A stretch of 10,648 nt of DNA from a virus (taxonomy: Duplodnaviria > Heunggongvirae > Uroviricota > Caudoviricetes). The translations under genes were made by a program, and so were the position numbers. This document shows, piece by piece, positions 7,550 to 10,648 of this stretch (the stretch's first letter is position 1; each line of letters starts with the position of its first letter). The notes under the pieces are model-generated. The model had not been told where the DNA came from. It was given only the letters and a program-made list of their open reading frames with translations, and did not search any database. The DNA lies in the IMG/VR virus record IMGVR_UViG_2529292735_000010. The stretch is one strand, 5' to 3'.

Positions 7550-8254
7550 TTGTATAGTACCCTGCTCATTTCGGATGACATGTGTGATTTGGAATTTCAG
7601 GGTACCATTATGAATGTTATTTCATCATTAAAACAGCTTAACAGACAGCGAAATATTAAAACAAAAAAGATAAAGACGAAGGCCAGACTGGCATTTCTAA
7701 AAATGCGATACAGAAGGAAAACATCATTACAGCCGGATAGTTATAAAACAGTGTGCATTTTCATGCACATGCAAGCCATTGGTGACGGCATCGTTACCTC
7801 AGGGTTTATTAAACAACTTCAAAAATCCGGTATGGTGGTATATGTGATAGCACCTTCAAGAGTATCATTCCTCTTTACTGATATTGTTGGCGTGGATGCC
7901 TTTATATCTTACGAGAAAAATAAATTTAACGAACTAAAAGCAAAGATAAAAAAACTGAATGTAGATCTTGTTGTTGACTTCTCAAATTTTGATAACACAG
8001 CGATAACCAGATTGCAAACACTACATTTACTTAGACCTAAACACTCTATCTGTTTTAATCATCCTGCCGTAACTATTTTTGATACAAATATAATCGATAA
8101 TCGTTCCATTCACACATCTGAAAGAATGAAAAAAGTTTTATCTTTACTAAAGATAAAAAATAACAATTATGCTGCAGCGCTTAATTTTGACAACAAAATA
8201 TATGAACCAGCAAATATTGTTGCAAATGAATTCAGGAAGAAAAACAAAAATTAG
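7550..8254 (+). CDS. Glycosyltransferase family 9-like (heptosyltransferase-like) protein, N-terminal portion; the reading frame ends at TAG 8252-8254 inside an A-rich tract
   Basis: The segment KTVCIFMHMQAIGDGIVTSGFIKQLQK...VDAFIS...LNVDLVVDF resembles the N-terminal GT9 domain (conserved (A/L)GD motif after the first beta strand, then a hydrophobic D-L-V-(I/V)-D segment). The ORF track start is TTG 7550. ATG 7610, preceded by AGGG, is the more plausible start. Confidence 0.6.
   Translation: MYSTLLISDDMCDLEFQGTIMNVISSLKQLNRQRNIKTKKIKTKARLAFLKMRYRRKTSLQPDSYKTVCIFMHMQAIGDGIVTSGFIKQLQKSGMVVYVIAPSRVSFLFTDIVGVDAFISYEKNKFNELKAKIKKLNVDLVVDFSNFDNTAITRLQTLHLLRPKHSICFNHPAVTIFDTNIIDNRSIHTSERMKKVLSLLKIKNNNYAAALNFDNKIYEPANIVANEFRKKNKN
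7557..7605. promoter_or_regulatory. 8-bp perfect inverted repeat (GTACCCTG ... CAGGGTAC) spanning the putative ribosome-binding site just upstream of ATG 7610
   Basis: GTACCCTG at 7557-7564 and CAGGGTAC at 7598-7605 are separated by a 33 nt spacer. The distal arm overlaps the AGGG candidate Shine-Dalgarno sequence of the island gene. Confidence 0.25.
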
Positions 8255-8367
8255 TTATATTTAACCCTTATGGCTCTCAGAATAGCAGAACCTTATCTGA
8301 TGAACAGATAAACAAAGTACTAGCTTACCTTAATAACCTTAAGGGATATCACACAATAGTTTTTAAT

Positions 8368-8787
8368 ATGGGAAAACAGATTAATCACAATGGATTGGAT
8401 AATGTGTCTCTATCTCCATTTTCTGATGCCGGATGTTCATTTGCATTGGTTCGCCATGCTGATTTTGTTATAACTGTAGATACTGCTATTGTACATTTAG
8501 CCAGTGCATTAAACATTAGACAATACTGTATATATAATAACAGAATGCATGAAGGAAAATTCGAAAATAATATTGTGTGGGGGCCAAACAGCAAATTAGC
8601 GACTCAACTCACCACATCCGAACATCTAAGGTCTGAAGGGGGCGACGATATGCATAAATTCGACATAATGATCTTAATTAATGCTATCAAACAAGATTTG
8701 ACAAACGATATACCGAATTACCACTCGGATTTAGGTTGTAAAAATAGATCCAGAAACCCAGAATTAGAAAGTAGCAATTCTTTATAA
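8368..8787 (+). CDS. Glycosyltransferase family 9-like protein, C-terminal portion (frame open upstream to 8230, overlapping the end of the previous fragment)
   Basis: The frame reads ...KQKLVIFNPYGSQNSRTLSDEQINKVLAYLNNLKGYHTIVFNMGKQ...SPFSDAGCSFALVRHADFVITVDTAIVHLASALNIRQYCIY. This matches the GT9 C-terminal pattern (short NPG(A/S)S-type stretch, then hydrophobic-A-D-hydrophobic-hydrophobic-I-x-x-D-(S/T)-x-x-x-HLA-x-A-L). The frame is open for about 46 codons upstream of the first ATG in AT-rich DNA, which is unlikely by chance. Confidence 0.6.
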   Translation: MGKQINHNGLDNVSLSPFSDAGCSFALVRHADFVITVDTAIVHLASALNIRQYCIYNNRMHEGKFENNIVWGPNSKLATQLTTSEHLRSEGGDDMHKFDIMILINAIKQDLTNDIPNYHSDLGCKNRSRNPELESSNSL

Positions 8788-8840
8788 AGTAGAAACCTCA
8801 ACAGTTTTATCAGGACCTACTATATATTATATAACAACAA

Positions 8841-8874
8841 GCCGCCCATTACCCAATATGAGGGTATTAGCGGC
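8841..8874 (-). terminator. Candidate intrinsic terminator hairpin in the convergent intergenic region (downstream of U on the minus strand)
   Basis: GCCGC(8841-8845)/GCGGC(8870-8874) outer stem and TACCC(8850-8854)/GGGTA(8862-8866) inner stem with a 7 nt loop. On the minus strand the hairpin is followed by TTGTTGTTAT. No clean U-tract follows on the plus strand. Confidence 0.3.
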
Positions 8875-8883
8875 AATGTAAAA

Positions 8884-9378
8884 TCAGAATAGTCCTTTAA
8901 CTGAACTGGCCGCGCTGTTAAGGGATGATGTGACCTTATCTTTGAAGCCGGACAGCATATCACTGAACGATGAGGATTGCAGACGCTCCCGCAAGTCCTC
9001 ATCACAGCGTTCAAGGGTCAGTGAAAATTCTATCTTTTTCGCCTTACCGTAGCGATCAAACTCGGAACGGGTCGTATTCGTTTCAGTCAGTACATACATG
9101 CCGTAAATCTGCCCGACACCATCAATCAAAGGCCAGGGTCGTCCTGTATACGCCTGCGTGGTCAGCAGCGACAGCGACACTTCGCCACCTGTAATTTCAG
9201 GATAAAGCACACCAGAAAGCACGATGCGCTCATCACCTGCACCGATATACTGCCAGCTTGCTGAACGGTTAACGCGTTCATTTTTCACATGCCGCCAGCT
9301 TTTGTTTTGCTGTAACTGCTGATGCGGCAGCGTGCGCAGCTCAAAAACAAACATGCCGTAGATCATCATCATGGCCAT
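8884..9378 (-). CDS. U: Tail protein U (P2 gpU-like)
   Basis: 164 aa minus-strand ORF. The N-terminus (MAMMMIYGMFVFELRTLPHQQLQQNKSWRH) and internal VLSGVLYPEITGG and RPWPLIDGVGQIYGMYV resemble gpU as I recall it. GAGGA lies upstream of the ATG, which is 6 nt downstream of the T stop. Confidence 0.7.
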   Translation of the reverse strand: MAMMMIYGMFVFELRTLPHQQLQQNKSWRHVKNERVNRSASWQYIGAGDERIVLSGVLYPEITGGEVSLSLLTTQAYTGRPWPLIDGVGQIYGMYVLTETNTTRSEFDRYGKAKKIEFSLTLERCDEDLRERLQSSSFSDMLSGFKDKVTSSLNSAASSVKGLF

Positions 9379-9384
9379 GACTCC

Positions 9385-10648
9385 TCAATCTTTATCGTAA
9401 AAACTGCCACGCCCGGCACGAGCGCGCCGTTCCATTTCTGCCCTGACCATTTCACCGACCAGTTTCGCCAGTTCGCGGGGATTCTGCGTAACAACGTTAT
9501 GCAGATGAACATGAATTTCACCGCCAAATCCGGAGGCAACAGGCTCCCGGTTACGGGAAGTTGCAGGAACTGATGCCACTGGCGATCGTATGGCCTCTGC
9601 CACCGGGCGGGAGCTGGCCGCAACAACAGGGACCAGCGCCGGAGGCAGCGGAGCCGGAACCACAGGTGTGATATTAATTGCGGGGGCAGGCTTACTGACC
9701 TGCGCAACCTTCCGCTCCTGCCACTCCCCACGAACAGCCAGTGCGCGGGGCAGGTTCTTAAAGACAATATCGCCGGGGCCAATGCGTTTTTTCGTCTCAT
9801 CAACCAGCTTACCTGTGTTATCAGCAATTTTGCTGAGTCTGCGTAGCGTGCCGGTATTGCTGTCTGTGAGCGGTTTGTTGTCTTTGGGTTTATCACCTCC
9901 GGTGCCATTGCCATTTTCCACAGGCTTCGGCGGATTGATTTTCGCCAGGTCCCCCTGAAGCAAGGCAACCTTGTCCTGAAGAATGGCCGCACGCTGTGCG
10001 TCTTCGATTTTCTTGCGCGCCTTTTCCGCTTCATCCGGAAGGACGCCAAGTTTTTCAAGTATCCACGCCAGCGTATCCAGTAGCATTTTTGCAGGTGTCA
10101 GAACAAGCTGTAACGCACCGCCAAGAACGTTACCGAATATCTCGCCAGCACTGGTACATTTATCCAGCGTTTCCTTGCTGGACTCCATCGGTGACAGCAG
10201 CGATTTAAACCAGTTAAACACCTGGCTGATCCCGCTTCCGATTGCGTCAAAAACAGGACCAAACCGTTCAAAGGTTTCGCGCAACGGGGTCAGCCTTTCC
10301 ATAATCCCGCTGAACACCCCGGCAAAAAATAGCCCTGATGGGATCCCAGTATTTCCAGATAAGTACGGCAGCTCCGGCAAGCGCAGCCACGATAAGACCA
10401 ACCGGACTGAACAGCGCCCCGATAGCGCCTCCCAGTAAAGAAACGGAACCCGTCACCATTCCCCATAGTGCTGGCAGGACCCTGACAGCATTCATTGATC
10501 CGGTCAGGAGAGAAAAACCAAGACGCAGTTTTGCCAGCGGACCAGCAAGCACACCAATAGCCAGCGACAACGAGCCAACCGTTGCAGTCATTGCCAGCAA
10601 CGCACCGCCTGCTATCAGTAGCTGGCGCGTCAGTGCCGGATGGGCCTG
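9385..10648 (-). pseudogene. T: Tail tape measure protein (P2 gpT-like), C-terminal ~420 codons; 5' end outside the window; apparent frameshift in a homopolymer at 10324-10329
   Basis: Two minus-strand ORFs in different frames (10268..10600, open to the window edge, and 9385..10401) overlap at a T6 run (A6 on the + strand, 10324-10329). The upstream part is a glycine/alanine-rich hydrophobic tape-measure-type segment (GAIGALFSPVGLIVAALAGAAVLIWKYWDPIRAIF). The downstream part continues (F)AGVFSGIMERL... with coiled-coil-like and proline-rich regions. Removing one T joins them as ...DPIRAIFAGVFSGIMERL.... Confidence 0.75.

Larger units (their letters stand above)
7516..8883. other. AT-rich cargo island (moron-like insertion) between the tail fiber assembly gene and the convergent tail gene U
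   Basis: Base composition drops abruptly by eye, from roughly mid-50s % GC in the flanking phage genes to roughly 30% GC, with long A/T runs and AT-rich codons (K, N, I-rich products). The boundaries coincide with the G stop at 7515 and the U stop at 8884. Confidence 0.7.

Noticed and set aside
7516-8883. Island as an integrated mobile element (insertion sequence, integrase plus att site) or a toxin/nuclease defence gene
   Set aside because: No transposase or integrase-like ORF, no terminal inverted repeats or direct-repeat flanks that I could see, and no Walker A or nuclease-type motifs. The coding signal matches a glycosyltransferase fold. Island acquisition by recombination remains possible but is not demonstrated.
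8385-9014. Small minus-strand ORFs in or at the edge of the AT-rich island (8385..8594, 8820..9014)
   Set aside because: 8385..8594 is antisense to the conserved GT9 C-terminal domain. 8820..9014 runs into the 3' end of U in another frame. Neither has a start context or motif.
8970-10438. Plus-strand ORFs antisense to U and the tape measure gene (8970..9194, 9322..9573, 9590..9958, 9983..10438) and the alternative minus-strand ORF 9369..10058
   Set aside because: They overlap the well-supported minus-strand U and T genes. Their products are low-complexity (Ala/Gly/Ser/Arg-rich), typical of alternate frames of GC-rich coding DNA.
1-10648. tRNA, rRNA or other structured RNA genes
   Set aside because: Almost the entire window is protein-coding with overlapping junctions. 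The short intergenic stretches (7516-7610, 8788-8883) show no cloverleaf-like arrangement or rRNA-like sequence that I could recognise by eye.

Overview
This window is the late-gene (lysis, tail completion, baseplate, tail fiber) region of a P2-like myovirus prophage in an enterobacterial-type genome, read from sequence and the ORF track only, with no database search run. On the + strand there is a compact run of overlapping genes: the 3' end of a head-completion-like gene, tail protein X, holin, an M15-peptidase-type endolysin, Rz/Rz1 spanins, then tail completion R and S, baseplate V, W, J, I, tail fiber H and tail fiber assembly G. After G the composition changes abruptly to a strongly AT-rich island of about 1.3 kb (roughly 7516-8883) carrying a gene whose two halves both look like a family 9 glycosyltransferase (heptosyltransferase-like). 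This island is the most interesting candidate for a cargo or lysogenic-conversion function. Beyond it, tail protein U and the tape measure protein T lie on the minus strand, converging on the island, which is not the P2 gene order as I recall it. Four conserved genes (X, endolysin, the glycosyltransferase, T) each appear interrupted by a single-base frameshift in or next to a short homopolymer run. That pattern fits either sequencing/assembly error or a decaying prophage, and I cannot tell which from sequence alone. No rRNA, tRNA, CRISPR array, integrase or transposase was recognised.
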